Origin: Octopus vulgaris
Lineage: Eukaryota
Length of the DNA: 64,000 nt
NCBI GenBank assembly: GCA_951406725.2
Contig: OX597831.1
Span: 47,864,001 to 47,928,000 of the forward strand
Reading direction: 5' to 3'
Shown: positions 1 to 12,541 of the stretch, piece after piece
Position numbering within the stretch: the stretch's first letter is position 1
Layout: the number at the start of each line of letters is the position of its first letter
Translations under genes and position numbers: made by a program
The notes under the pieces: model-generated
The model's database searches: none
Told to the model about the DNA's origin: nothing
Seen by the model: only the letters and a program-made list of their open reading frames with translations

Positions 1-92
1 TGGGCAAGTGTCTTCTATAACCTCGAGCTGACCAAAGCCTTGTGAGTGGATTTGGTAGATGGAAGCTGGAAGAAGCCCATCGTATATATGTG

Positions 93-135
<43 letters not shown>

Positions 136-342
136 TTGTGTGTCTGTGTTTGTCCCCTCAATATCGCTTGACAACTAATGCTGGTGTGTTTACGTTCCTG
201 TAACTTAGCGGTTCAGTGAAAGAAACCAATAGAATAAGTACTAGGCTTACAAAGAATAAGTTGTGGGGTCGATTTGCTCAACTAAAGGCGGTGCTCCAGC
301 ATGGCCACAGTCAAATGACTGAAACAAGTAAAAGAAAGAAAG
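1..342 (+). mobile_element. SINE family A (tRNA-headed, internal (TA)n(TG)n), 5' end cut by window
   Basis: Matches full copies elsewhere: tgggcaagtgtcttct...gccttgtgagtggatttggtaga...(TA)n(TG)n...gaataagtactaggcttacaaagaataag...ggcggtgctccagcatggccacagtcaaatgactgaaacaagtaaaag. Confidence 0.9.
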
Positions 343-358
343 AGTATATATATACACA

Positions 359-361
<3 letters not shown>

Positions 362-392
<31 letters not shown>

Positions 393-620
393 TTTTAATG
401 TCCACTTTTCCAAGCTTTCATGGAGAAGTGGACAGAGTTTATTGAGGCTGAGTTTCTTTTGAGAGATACCTTTCCTGTCTTCAAACCACACCTGTTTTGT
501 AAGCAAGGTAATATTTCCCCATGGCCATGACATATTTTCACAGAATATTGGAAAATGAATGACACTGCTTGTATGACAGTGACACTCATTTACGACAATC
601 GCACTATTTAAAGACAAGGT
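362..620 (-). mobile_element. Old retroelement/SINE with (GAT)n tail related to the RTE 3' end
   Basis: (CAT)n followed by tttaatgtccacttttcc; related copies near 9540-9680, 56720-56910 and 57590-57800. Confidence 0.55.
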
Positions 621-784
621 GATGCATCCCACCCTGCATATACAATGGGCTTCTTTCAGTTTCCATCTACCAAATCCTCTCAAAAGACTTGGCTTGGCAC
701 AGACTCTAGCTGGAGATGCTAACCGAAAGTGTCACACAGTGAGACTGAACCCAGAAGCATGTGGTTGGGAAGCAAACTCTTAAA

Positions 785-786
<2 letters not shown>

Positions 787-821
<35 letters not shown>

Positions 822-1100
822 TACACACACACCCACCCACGCAGACACAAACACAGACACACACAGACGCACATATGAAGAAAGAGAGAGAGAGAAGAAA
901 AATGAGAGAGGGAGAAATAGTGGGAGAAAGTGAGAGAAAGACAGAGAGAAGAAAGAGAAGGAGAAAGAGAGAAGAAAGAGAGGGAAGGAAAGAGAGAAGG
1001 AGAGAGAGGGAAGGAAAGAGAGAAGGAGAGAGGAGAGAGAGAGAGAGAGAGACAGACAAACACACAGACAGACAGAGCAAGAGAAAGGCAGCGAAAGAGA
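787..1100. repeat. (CA)n plus GA-rich polypurine tract
   Basis: Direct reading; explains ORFs 706-1196. Confidence 0.9.
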
Positions 1101-2039
1101 TCTGTTTAAACAAAAACACAAATTAATAATCCATTTTACTTCTGAACTTTTTATTTTCCATATTCTTTGAAATGTTCTTTCTGAATTCTTGGGCAAAAAG
1201 AACTAATAATGTTCTTCCTACCCAAACCCCACACATACAACTTAAATAATTTTCTTCCATATGTATAGCAGATTATCTTGATTGGATTATGTTATGGATG
1301 ATAAAAACTAGAATTTATTTTGATTAGAATGGGCTTAGTATGTAAAGAAAGCTGCAGTATTGAGTTATTTTTTATCTACATGCATCATACCACCGTGTGT
1401 TTTCTTGTGTGCAACACATGCAGGTATGCATGTGTGTGGAAATGCATGGCTTCATATGTCTATGCATGCATATGCATGCATTAGTATGTGTATGTATATG
1501 CAGTTGTGTGCATATTTGTATATGGAAATAGGCATAATTTATTGAAAATATTCTTAGTCATATATAAGCAAATTGTGTATAATATTCTTTGAAAAGTAAT
1601 ATATTAGCCATAAAAAGCCCCAGTTATTCCAGTTCAATGTTCATTTAGGGAAATAGCAGTTTAAACACCCAATAATACTTTACAGGCTATGAGATGAATA
1701 TTCTTTTTCTACAATCTTTAGGATTATGAAATGTAATTAATGAATTTTAGTGGGTTTTTTTTAAATATGCTAGTTTTTCATGGTTGTTTGCATACTATAT
1801 GACATATCTATTAAGTGTATTCCTCAGTACAACTTTGGCAAATATGATAAACCACAAATATATTCAATGGGCTTCTATCAGTTTCTCTGAAACAATTCCA
1901 CTATTAAGGTATTGATTGGTCTTGTGCTATTGAAAACACTTGCCTAAACCCAGAATCACGTTCCTAGGAAGCAAACTTCTTTCTGTGTGTGTGTGTGTGC
2001 ATACACACACACACACATACCCCCCCCCCCATATATATA

Positions 2040-2690
2040 TATAAGAGATAATGGTGTCATTGAGACCCATAGGTGTCAGGTAATGCTGAATAAGTGCTAT
2101 AGACAGACCATAGTTAAGTTCCAGATTTGGTAATATTGCGAATAAAGGGTTCAACGTTGGTTCTATGTCAGCGTGTGTATATAAGAATTTTTTGCATAAT
2201 AAGATAAAAAACCAAGGTTGTGTAGATATTAGAGCATTTATAGATAGAAGCTCTTACAGCTATTACTAGGATATATATTAATTATATCTCTTCATCGGAG
2301 ACAGTGTGAGAGGATAGTTAATCATATTTAGTTTAGATGTGATACAAAATGGAGAGTGAGGTGGAGGAAAGAAAATAGATGCAAGATGAGTATGGGTATT
2401 GAAGTTGTAAATCCATTTTTTAGGCATAATGGTATATATGCAATATTCCAATATCCTATGAGTAAAGCCCAAAAGTCCAACAGAGTTTAAAATGAGTCCT
2501 TCCAAATATAGAGTTTATAAGCAATGTAAGATTCCCTTATGATTGAGATCCAGTAGATTTTTAAACTTGGTCATTCCCAGTAGGAAATTTATAGACAGTG
2601 TTGCAGAGTCAAAGGTTTATATATCTTAATACATTTAAACCTAAGGAATACATCTTTTTATAGAAATATTAATATTTCTAAGTGTCTCTA
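2040..2690 (-). mobile_element. Degenerate Penelope-like element 3' end / pseudo-LTR
   Basis: Minus-strand peptides KKWIYNFNT and LIQHYLTPMGLN resemble the PLE GIY-YIG C-terminal WI..L.T..P.GLN motif; hammerhead-like relic at 2251-2302. Confidence 0.4.
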
Positions 2691-2718
2691 AAGGTGACTA
2701 CGGCAGCGGTACTGGATA

Positions 2719-2849
2719 TTAATAGTTATCACCAAGCTAACATGGCAGTCCAGAAAAATAGGACAAATGCTGCTGTTGATTAGCTCCAAGAGGCCATCAC
2801 CTCTAGCTATTTTTCTGGACTGCCATGTTTGTGTGGTGGTAACTATTAA
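2719..2849. repeat. Fold-back inverted repeat (~43 bp arms)
   Basis: ttaatagttatcacc..aacatggcagtccagaaaaatag / ctatttttctggactgccatgtt..ggtggtaactattaa. Confidence 0.85.
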
Positions 2850-3094
2850 AACATCTTTTCCCACTGGTTAACATCCAGTGTCCAGTACCAAGGATAGGAA
2901 TACACCCAGATGCCAGCTGGTCTACTGGTCTTGTTATGCTGGAGTGGGAGTGGCTCACTTCCTTACTTGCAATAAAACAGACACTGCTTGTGTGTCATTA
3001 ACCAGCAGGAAAAGATGTTTCCCTGGGGTTAAAATGTAGTAATATTTGTTCTGCATGGAACAGCCATGTAAAAATGGCAACAACCATTACTATA

Positions 3095-3152
<58 letters not shown>

Positions 3153-3155
<3 letters not shown>

Positions 3156-3293
3156 TTAGGAAGGGCATCCAGCCGTAGAAACTCTGCCAGATCAGACTGG
3201 AGCCTGGAGCAGCCCCTGGCTTCCCAGACCCCGGTCAAACTGTCCAACCTGTGCTAGCGCAGAAAACGGACGTTAAACGATGATGATGATGAT
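3153..3293 (+). mobile_element. Short RTE 3'-end copy with (GAT)n tail in (TA)n
   Basis: cgttaggaagggcatccagccgtagaaactctgccagatcagactggagcctgg...ggacgttaaacgatgatgatg; same sequence as the 3' UTR of the LINE at 43500-44530. Confidence 0.85.
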
Positions 3294-4194
3294 ATATATA
3301 TATGTATGTAAGTGTGTGTGTGCGTGTGTGTGCATCAATTTGCATATTTATGCCCAGACCTGGGCCAGACCGGTTATCTTTGTTTGCTTTTAATATCTAG
3401 GCGGTGCTTAAATATAATATTAAATTAAATTGTTTTTTTTTTCAAATCTATAATTAGCTTTCCAGTATTTCACTCTCAAAACTCAAAATTCTATGCACCT
3501 TGGTCTCAAACAACAAAGAATAGAACTGCAGCATACATATAAATTGACTTCCATTTTATTTATTTGATGGTATTTTACAAGGCTGTCTTTCATAAAATAT
3601 ATGCATAAATGCAAGTAACAAGTGATAAAAATCTATGTGAAATATGTGCTATAAAAATCAATGCTTCCTAAAAACAAAATGTTTTGTAAGAAATGCTAGA
3701 ATGCTGTGTTTATACAATTCTGTTTAGATATGTCTGTTATAAATAACTCAGTAATTCTTATGCAGATTTGTAGCTAGTTCAATATGTTTTAGTTATATAT
3801 TTTAGAATAGGGAATAGGGTGTCAGCTATGACAGCTAAACACTCTGCATAATAAATGAGTTCCTATATATCATACGAATTCGTCAATTGTTTACTGTGCA
3901 GCAATGTCAAACTGTAAACTTGACTGTATCCTGAATAGAGCTCCATAACATAAACACCCTACTAAGTATTGTGGCTTGATTTAATCAACTAAGATCCTTC
4001 AAGACAGTGTCTTGCCAAAGCCATAGTCCAATCCATGAGACTAGTAAAGCAAGCCATTTTGCACCATTGATCTGTGGCATAAAAAATAAACCTTTTATGG
4101 TCATAAGTCGGATATTTAAATATTTAGAAAACATAAGGGCTTTTTATGCATTGAACCTATGACGGTATGTTTATTTGTAGCAAAGTGCAATATA

Positions 4195-4424
4195 CAGGGT
4201 GGCCTAAAAGTAGGTTTACTGTTATTCAACTATCCCTTTCGCATTCATATATTAACAGATGTTAATTATAAAAAAATATGAAACCATTATTCTATTCTAA
4301 TTGGGTTAATTTTGTCAAGCTCCCTTTTCAGTTTGTAAGACAGAAATTTAAAAGTAATAAAATGTTTTAAAAGAAATTGAATGTGCCTACGTGATAACTG
4401 TAAACATACTTTTGTGTCACCCAG
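4195..4424. mobile_element. Tc1/mariner-type MITE
   Basis: Imperfect ~30 bp TIRs cagggtggcctaaaagtaggtttactgttat / ataactgtaaacatacttttgtgtcacccag, flanked by TA on both sides. Confidence 0.8.
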
Positions 4425-5029
4425 TATATATACATATATATATACACAAGTAAGCACGTAAATGTAAAACAAAGTGGAAAAAAATTGTACTCGAATACCG
4501 AAGGTAGAGTTATATGCTTTTTTTTTTAAAGCTGCAAAACCTTCGCAAAAAGACTACTATTCAGAGTTCCACGTTCCTGTTATCTTTTCACAATTCACAA
4601 CAATATTGACCCCTCCAAAATATTTCATTTCTTTACTCTTGATGGACTTAACTCTCCTTCCCCCTCTGTGATCAATTACTATTAATCTTATCTTTATCTT
4701 TATCTTTATTTTTATATTTATTTTTATTCTCATCTTTATTTCACTTACTTATTTTTTTCCTTCTTCACCCTCTTTCCTCTTTCTCCTTCTCCTCCATACA
4801 TACTTTTGTATTTTTTTATATATTTTCCCTTTCTTTGTGTATATTTTTTGGGGTGTATATTTGTGATTTTTTGTTATTTAAGCAACCAGTAAAACATACA
4901 TTTTTCAGTTTGAAAACGGCTATTTGAAGCTAGAAAATCATACCAGAGTAACTCTTTGTAAACATTATTATTTAAAAAAACAAATTATCCAGAAAAACCA
5001 TCTCCACACATTTTTCCAAATATATATAT

Positions 5030-5760
5030 ATGGTTGAAATTTATAGAAAAACAAAAGACGAAGACAGGTGTATGAATAACAAACATTTTAGTTTCATGCT
5101 TGGGAAAAATGAAAAAGTATTTTATGTTTTGAGCTCCTGCTCTTAAACAGGAAGGAATAAGAGAATGAAAATAACTTGTAGATTTCAGCGGTCAAGCATG
5201 GTCAATATTTGGTAAAAAAAGAGGTTGAAATAAAGGGAGATAATAAAGTGCTAGTGATCCCAATAAGAGAAGGTTCTTGTGCATGTGTGTGTATGTGAGA
5301 ATAGTGCATGTGAGTGTGTAATTGTGCATGTGAATTGGGGAGAGTGACTCTGACTTGTGTGTGTGTGCTTTATGTAACAGTTGATGTTTACTTTTTCACG
5401 TGGTGTGTACACATGTGTGTGTGTGTCTGTGACCAGTGTGCATGTGTATAGTTCTATATATGTGGGTAAAAGTTATCTTTGTCTATGTATATTGCATGTG
5501 TTAATGCATGTTGCGTGTGTATGTATATATATAGCCTGCATTCAGGTATTATGTGCTTGTGTGGGTATGGGAGTGTGCATGATGATATGTGGTGTGTACT
5601 GGGTTAAACAGTGTGTGGCTGCTCATATAGTAGTACGTGTGGTGAGGTTATTAAAGATTGTGTGTAGGTGTGTGGATGATGGCATGGTGTGTGGGTGCTG
5701 GAACGTGGTCAGTACTAGTGTGATTTAGTGGTGTGGGGTTAATATTTATATCTATCTATA
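5030..5760 (-). mobile_element. Probable Penelope pseudo-LTR-derived repeat
   Basis: aaacaaaagacgaagacaggtg segment shared with 10370-10430, 16140-16225 and 17265-17330; carries a degenerate GAAGAG..CTCGAAAC motif. Confidence 0.5.
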
Positions 5761-5818
5761 TATATATATATACATATATGCATACATACATACTTGCATA
5801 CATACATACATACATACA

Positions 5819-5850
<32 letters not shown>

Positions 5851-5888
5851 CATATATTAGAAGGTTTGGAGATGATGTACAGGCATTA

Positions 5889-6138
5889 TATATTAGAAGA
5901 AATAAGGTACTCAGAAATCTGGATGGCTTTATATTTACAGATATTTATGAATATGTCACATGTTTTTATAAATCATATATACCATGTATTAGCGCTTGCA
6001 TCCACTCTAGTGGATGTCAAGACAACTCCACTAGAGTAATATATGATTTATATGATTTATAAAAACATGTGATATATTAATAAATATCAGTAAATATAAA
6101 ACCATCCAGATTTCTGAGTACCTTATTTCTTCTAATAT
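5889..6138. repeat. Fold-back element with ~90 bp near-identical inverted arms in TA-rich site
   Basis: tattagaagaaataaggtactcagaaatctggatgg...cacatgtttttataaatcatata and its reverse complement ending ccatccagatttctgagtaccttatttcttctaata. Confidence 0.9.
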
Positions 6139-9100
6139 ATACACACATATATATATACACATACATATATATTTATAAATACACACACACACACATTCAT
6201 GTACTTACATATACATGTGTGTATGTACACAGGTGTATGTATTCTTGTCTCCTTGTCTAGATATTGCATGTTAATTACAAACAAATATTGGCATCATACA
6301 CGTAGTGTGCTTTGTTTGCTATTTTGTTTTTTAAAAAAATGTCTAGCCAGGTATAAGTTAGCAACAGAAAGAGCATCCAGCTGTAGAAATCTGCCTGAAC
6401 AAACTCAGTTTGATTTATGCAAGGGCGTGGAAGTTACATGATGATGATGATGGTGATGATGATGATGATGAGTAAAACTTAGCATCATGTATTGAAATAT
6501 TTGAAGTAAAATAATAAAAGAATATAATTACTTTGTTTTCAGTATAAATTTTCTGTCTGTAAAATTCATGACCTGAGTAACAAAAATCTGTCTGCTATAG
6601 CTAGAATGGTGTGTGAGTTGTTATTATATTGTTTATGGTTTTCACTAAAAATCAACATTTATTTGCATATTTATATGTTAAAATTCTTCTAGTAACCAAT
6701 CAATATTTAAATACGAGCCATTTGTTTGTACAAAGTGGCATCATTTATTAAATGTTTTGGACAATGTTTATGGACGTTTTACCATTTACAAAACAGCTAC
6801 AAGAATTTATTAGAAAGGTATATATTTTGCTTGTCTTGGAATATTGAATTTTGAAATTCCATTTGTATAGAAGCAGGAAGAAATGTTGTTTCCAAGAGCC
6901 ATAAAAAGCTGAAGATAAAAATGGTTATTGTTTCAAATACTTTGTTTGGATTTTTCATAGTTAGATTAAGGAAAAGCTAAAGGCTGGAAATATTTATGGA
7001 GACCATTGAAATACAGAATTATTAAAACAAATTATAAAACTCCAAACAATATGGAACTGGGTAAAATTTGTTGAGAAGAATGCAAGCAAAGTATTTTGTA
7101 CTCTAACTTCTAAACTGGAGGATTCTGTTTAAAGGAAATAAAGCTAAAAACATCTGCATATTGCTTTCTAAAATCTAGGCTTCAATATTTTAGAATAAAT
7201 TTCTATTTCTTTCAAATTCATTAAAATATTATCTAACAAATTAATCACAAGAATTTGCTCTTGTTAAAAATGTTAGTGTATAACTCTTGAAATGTTACCA
7301 TCATTCAATGCATTCAATATGGAAAGCTAAAATTCCACTTCCTTTTCAGTTATTTCACCAAATGAATAACTCATAGAAAAGCTTTATCAGTCATAATGAA
7401 GATTTATAGAGGATTAGGAGGAAATATATCTAATTAACAAATATTAGTACAGTCAATAGACAATAGGGTATTAATTTGTGTAGCAGCTAGAGGTAAATTA
7501 AATGAGAATATTGAAATTTTTGCAACAGCCAGGTTTAAGATAAAGAAAGAAAATATTAATTTATTTTTCTGAACTAGCTGGAGGTGAAATAAAAGAAGAT
7601 TATTAAAATAAGCAAACCAATGGGTTCATATTGGTACTTAGACAGTGGATTGGTAGAAACATCAGAATGTCAGGTGAATATCTGTGGTATTTAGTTACAT
7701 TTTGAGATCAGATTCTGCTGAGTACATCCTCGTCTTTCATCATTTCAAGGTTAATAAAACTGAGTAAATATTATAACTCTCAATCCCTTTGTCATCTAAT
7801 TTCTATTGAAATACACTACACTTGTTTCCATTAATTTTCACAATTTCAAAGCATTTAGTACTTGCTTCTACCACTTCACTCCTTTTTTTTACTGTTAGGA
7901 GAGTAAGAGAAAAAAAAAAAAGAAGAAAAGAAAATTGATCATATATAATTCCAAAATGTTGTAAATGAATATAGACCAACAATTTCATTATCTCAAGTTA
8001 TGCTGTACTGAAGAGCCCATAAGAAGGGGGAAATGGTGTTATCTACAACTACTAGGACACTTAAAAAGAAAAAAAAAATTGATTGCATGGAAATATTTTT
8101 CATATGTTCTCTCCCTCATATAATAACAATAATAATAATAATACTACTAATAATAATGATAGGCAGTTCTCTCCCCTTGCAGGGCATCTTCACCCACCCT
8201 TCTATTTTTTAGTAAACTCTCTCTCTCTCTCCCTCTCTTACTCTGAAAGCAACTATGGATGGCAGCACCATCAGTCCCTAGTCAAATTTACAACTTTGTC
8301 ATTAAAAAGTTGATCTTTGGAACAAATTAACATGAAATTTTGATGGAAGGTTTTTATGTAAATCACTTCAAAATAGAAAGTTTTGTATCATAAAACCAGG
8401 CACAGTCTCAGGTGGGATGATATAAAAAGTGCTTAAGCCCAAATATTTGGAGCCAAAAAGTCTTTCACATTTTGAATTTTTTAAATATAGAATCATGTTA
8501 TATTTGCAAATATAACATGGAAACTGCTCTGATGGTTATTTCACTTTCTACACAGGTGAAATATGAAGTGCTAATATGCTTTTATGAAACTTCCTGGTGC
8601 AGTGAATGCAAAATTTACCCCTCACTTCACCGTGGCAAAAGTGAAAACTTAAACGAAACTTTAAGGCTTCACATGAAAGTGAAAGCATCTTATTATTTAT
8701 ATTTAAATGTATTAAAATATTATACTGTATAGAACAATGAAATAATACTAGTTTCTCTTCATATCATACATGCAAGGAAGGCTTGATATACTCAGCATAA
8801 TTTCTGCTACATATACAAGAGAGATATCTATTATGAAACTAAGAAAAGTTCTATTTCATGTTAAATTGATCATAAATACATGTATCTTTACTATTTACTT
8901 ATTCATGAATCTTATAATTTGCATTTCTGAAATACAGCAGTGTAAAGTAATGTTTCTAACAGCTAAATATAATTTTCTCCTGCTCTTCTTCAGTCTGAAT
9001 GCATGTTATAGTATTTAATATAGTGAAAAGATTTCAGTTATCATTGTAATTTCACTGCTAAGACACGAGTATGGCTGTATGGTAAAGAGTTTTGTTCCTG

Positions 9101-9496
9101 AGCCATGTAATTTTGGGGTTCATTCCCATTGCATGGCACCATGGGCAAGTGTTTTCTATGATAGCATTAGTCTGACCAAAACCTTGTAAATTGATTTGAT
9201 AAATGGAAACTGCAGGAAACTTGTTCACACACAAACATACACACACATACACCTCATCATCATCATTATCATTTAATGTTAATTTTTGAAGCTGGCATGG
9301 CTTGGATTGTTTAACTGGAGCTGGTAAAGCTAGGGGCCAGCATAGGTTCCATTGTCCATTTTGGAATGTTTTCTATGAGTGGATGCCTTTCCTAACACCA
9401 ATCACTTTAAAGTGTACTGGGTGCTTTTTATTTGACTCTAGCACTGGTATCAATACTGCTGTGATGTACAGGTCTTCTTGAGGACAGCAAGGCACC

Positions 9497-9527
<31 letters not shown>

Positions 9528-9722
9528 TATATGAGTGTCACCATCATACAAGTGGTGTTATTTCCAATCTTTCATGAAAAGAATACCTGGTCATGGGGAA
9601 AATAACCTTCCCTAGAAATAATTAAGGGTTGGTGACAGAAAGAGCATCTGGTCATAGAAAGATCTACCTCAAAAAATCCCACCTTATATAAATATACAGA
9701 TATATATAGAACTATGTATATA

Positions 9723-9767
<45 letters not shown>

Positions 9768-9779
9768 ATACATGCATAT

Positions 9780-10432
9780 ATGGGTATAGGACGTCATCAA
9801 CGGTGCAAATAACATGAAATACATAAACAATGAGGAAAAATGGAAAACTGGACAAGTAAACACAGAGAAAGGACCCTTCATCAGTTGTAGGCTGTCTATC
9901 TACTGCTCATTTCGTGCATTCAACGACAATATGAGTCTTCAAAGACAGTTGCTCCCATAAATTCTAAAATAAGATTTAGGACTTATGGATGGTCAAAGAA
10001 AGATGGTCATGTGAGGAAAAGAAAGATGGACGATGGTCACGTGTGAGCAACGAGAAGTAGAGAGAGAGAGGGAAAAAGAGAAACAAGGGGAAAGAGACAG
10101 ACAAACAGATAGAAAACGGTAAAGGAGGGAGGGGGAGAAAAAGGGAATTAGAGAAGGATGGAGGAAGAAAACAGTATACAGTAGAGAGTTACATCAAAAA
10201 TGTGAAGATAAACTTACTTAGAAATGGATGCATCACGTTTTCGCTCAATAAGATCGCTAGCCACTACACATTCTTTATTTTCTCTCCTTGTTTCTTTCTG
10301 TGTTCCTTTCTGCGGAAGAGTGTAGTCTCGAAACGTTAAAGACGTTTTCACTTCCTGAGCATTATACTAATACATCTGTTTGTTGTCTACACCACCTGTC
10401 TTCGTCATTTGCTTGTTTGTGAATTCTCTCGA
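9780..10432. mobile_element. Composite of Penelope pseudo-LTR-like repeats with hammerhead-like motifs
   Basis: Minus-strand ctgtc-tttgaaga...cgaaa...ta-gacag and ctgatgaaggg; plus-strand ggaagag-tgtagt-ctcgaaacg at about 10314-10335; shares sequence with 16035-16225. Confidence 0.5.
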
Positions 10433-10436
10433 TATA

Positions 10437-10466
10437 AATTAAATAATAAATAATACATAATTTATA

Positions 10467-10519
<53 letters not shown>

Positions 10520-10588
10520 GCATATATGTATACATATATATATGTATATATTATATATTATAAATTATGTATTATTTATTATTTAATT
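10437..10588. repeat. AT-rich inverted repeat (~44 bp arms) around (TA)n
   Basis: aattaaataataaataatacataatttataatatataatatata / tatatattatatattataaattatgtattatttattatttaatt. Confidence 0.9.
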
Positions 10589-11254
10589 AAAAGCAACACA
10601 TCCATTTCCAAGTATATATATGTATATATATTCGAGTTTGTACGATTGTATATAGAACAATATATTAATCTATGAAATTCTAACCTAGTCTGATTTTCAT
10701 GTTTTATTATTTGCAATTTTTTATAATTTTACAATTTTACAATATTGAAATAAACTAATACTTTTATGCATTGTGCAGTCATCAGGCTTATGTAGTGACA
10801 GTTGTGTTCTATAATTGGCAGCAGTAGCAAAATGGTCAGATTTATATACATATGTGTGTGCACATAGTTTTTCATTCTGTGATGAGGATTCATTCGTTTG
10901 ATCTCAAATGAATTACCTGCCCATTGAATAATCATATAAGTGGCTGACTATTCTACAGAAAACTTGCCCTGTTAATGTAATTCTCAGTTAAATTTTGTAT
11001 GGCTTGGTGTGTGGCAAGGTGGTACCATTGACTTACTTGGTACAGTCCATCAGACAAAGTACTCTACAGTTTAAGGTCCACCTAATGTTACTTGCAATGT
11101 GCTCGAGTTGATAGAAAATGACATTTGTCTAAGATGTCGCACAGTGGGGCCATGTTGCTGCACAAATAAGGCTGAACTTGGGTAGATGTGGTAGGGTGGT
11201 TGGGGGTTTGCATAGTAAACGTAAAAGTTCAGGCATATTGCACCTTCTGACTTT

Positions 11255-11535
11255 CCGTCCATCCGTCTGTCTGTCTGCCTGCCTTCCTACCTATCTGTCT
11301 GCCTGTCTGTCTACCTGTTTGTCTGACTTTATGTCTATCTTTCTTTCTGTCTGTCTGCCTGCCTGTCTGTCGATCTATCTCTCTATCTGTCTATCTGTCT
11401 ATCTACCTACCTACCTACCTACCTATCTATCCATCTATCAGCCTGTCTGTCTGTCTGTCTGTCTATTTATCTATCTACTTCTCTCTCTCTCTCTCTCTCT
11501 CGCTATCTTCCTCTCTGTCTATCTATCTACCTAAC
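11255..11535. repeat. Degenerate (TCTG/TCTA/CCTA)n microsatellite
   Basis: Direct reading. Confidence 0.9.
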
Positions 11536-11788
11536 TACCAATTCACTTGTGTGAATAATAAGGCTAGGTGCACTTGAAAATGTATACGTATTACTGTATC
11601 ATAAAGTGTTATTAAAAGTCACAGAATGCCTAAGGCTGTTTGCATTGATACATGTCTCAAACAACTCCTTGTCTCTCTGTCCATCTGTCTGTCTGTCTAT
11701 TCGTCTATCTGTCTGTCTGTCTGTTCATCTGTCTGCCTGTCTGTCTGTCTGTCCATCTATCTGTCTGTCTGTTTGTTTGTCTGTCATG

Positions 11789-11789
<1 letters not shown>

Positions 11790-11820
<31 letters not shown>

Positions 11821-11839
11821 CATACACACACTTCTATCA

Positions 11840-11878
<39 letters not shown>

Positions 11879-11960
11879 CTATCAATTACACACACACATA
11901 CACACACTTCTATCAATTACACACACACATACACACACACACACTTCTATCAATGACACA
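11790..11960. repeat. Compound minisatellite [(AC)n-TTCTATCAATT] x4
   Basis: cttctatcaat repeated four times, separated by (CA)n runs. Confidence 0.9.
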
Positions 11961-12069
11961 TCATAATGAATCCATTTTCCATGCTGGCATATGTTGGATA
12001 GTTTGACAAGATCTGATGGGCCCAGCATCTGCATCATTATTCCTATCTCTGCCTTGGCATACTTAGTAG

Positions 12070-12320
12070 AGGCACACGGCCTAGTAGTTAGGGTGTTGGA
12101 CTTATGACCATAAGGTTGTGCTTTCAATTCCTGGACTGGTTGACACATTATGTTCTTGAGCAAAGCATTTCATTTCACATTGCTCCAGTCTCCTCAGTTG
12201 ACAAAAGGGAGTAATCCTGCAATGGACTAGCATCCCATCCAGGTGGGGAATTTATATGTCATAAAACTGGGAAACCAACCTTTAGGAGCTGGCAGGAAGG
12301 TAACTTTACCTACTTTTACC
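12070..12320 (+). mobile_element. SINE family C-related copy
   Basis: ggcctagtagttaggg (A box), ttcaattcc (B box), tgttcttgagcaaagcatttcatttcacattgctccagt core. Confidence 0.7.
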
Positions 12321-12541
12321 TGGGCATAATTTCTATGGCTGGATGCTTTTCCAAATGCCAGCTAACCAGCAGTATATATATAACCTGTGAGCACTAAAGG
12401 CTGTCATGCCATTTACAAAACTATTAACCCTGAGTAGGCAACTTTATGGTTGGAGAGAAGGCATAATAGAGGGGAAAATATATGACAGAACCGGTCAAAG
12501 TAGAATATATTTCTTGTTTCTGATATACATATTATTTTTAA

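Noticed and set aside
11790-11960. CRISPR-like repeat-spacer pattern
   Set aside because: Spacers are only (AC)n, the repeat is 11 bp, eukaryotic context and no cas genes
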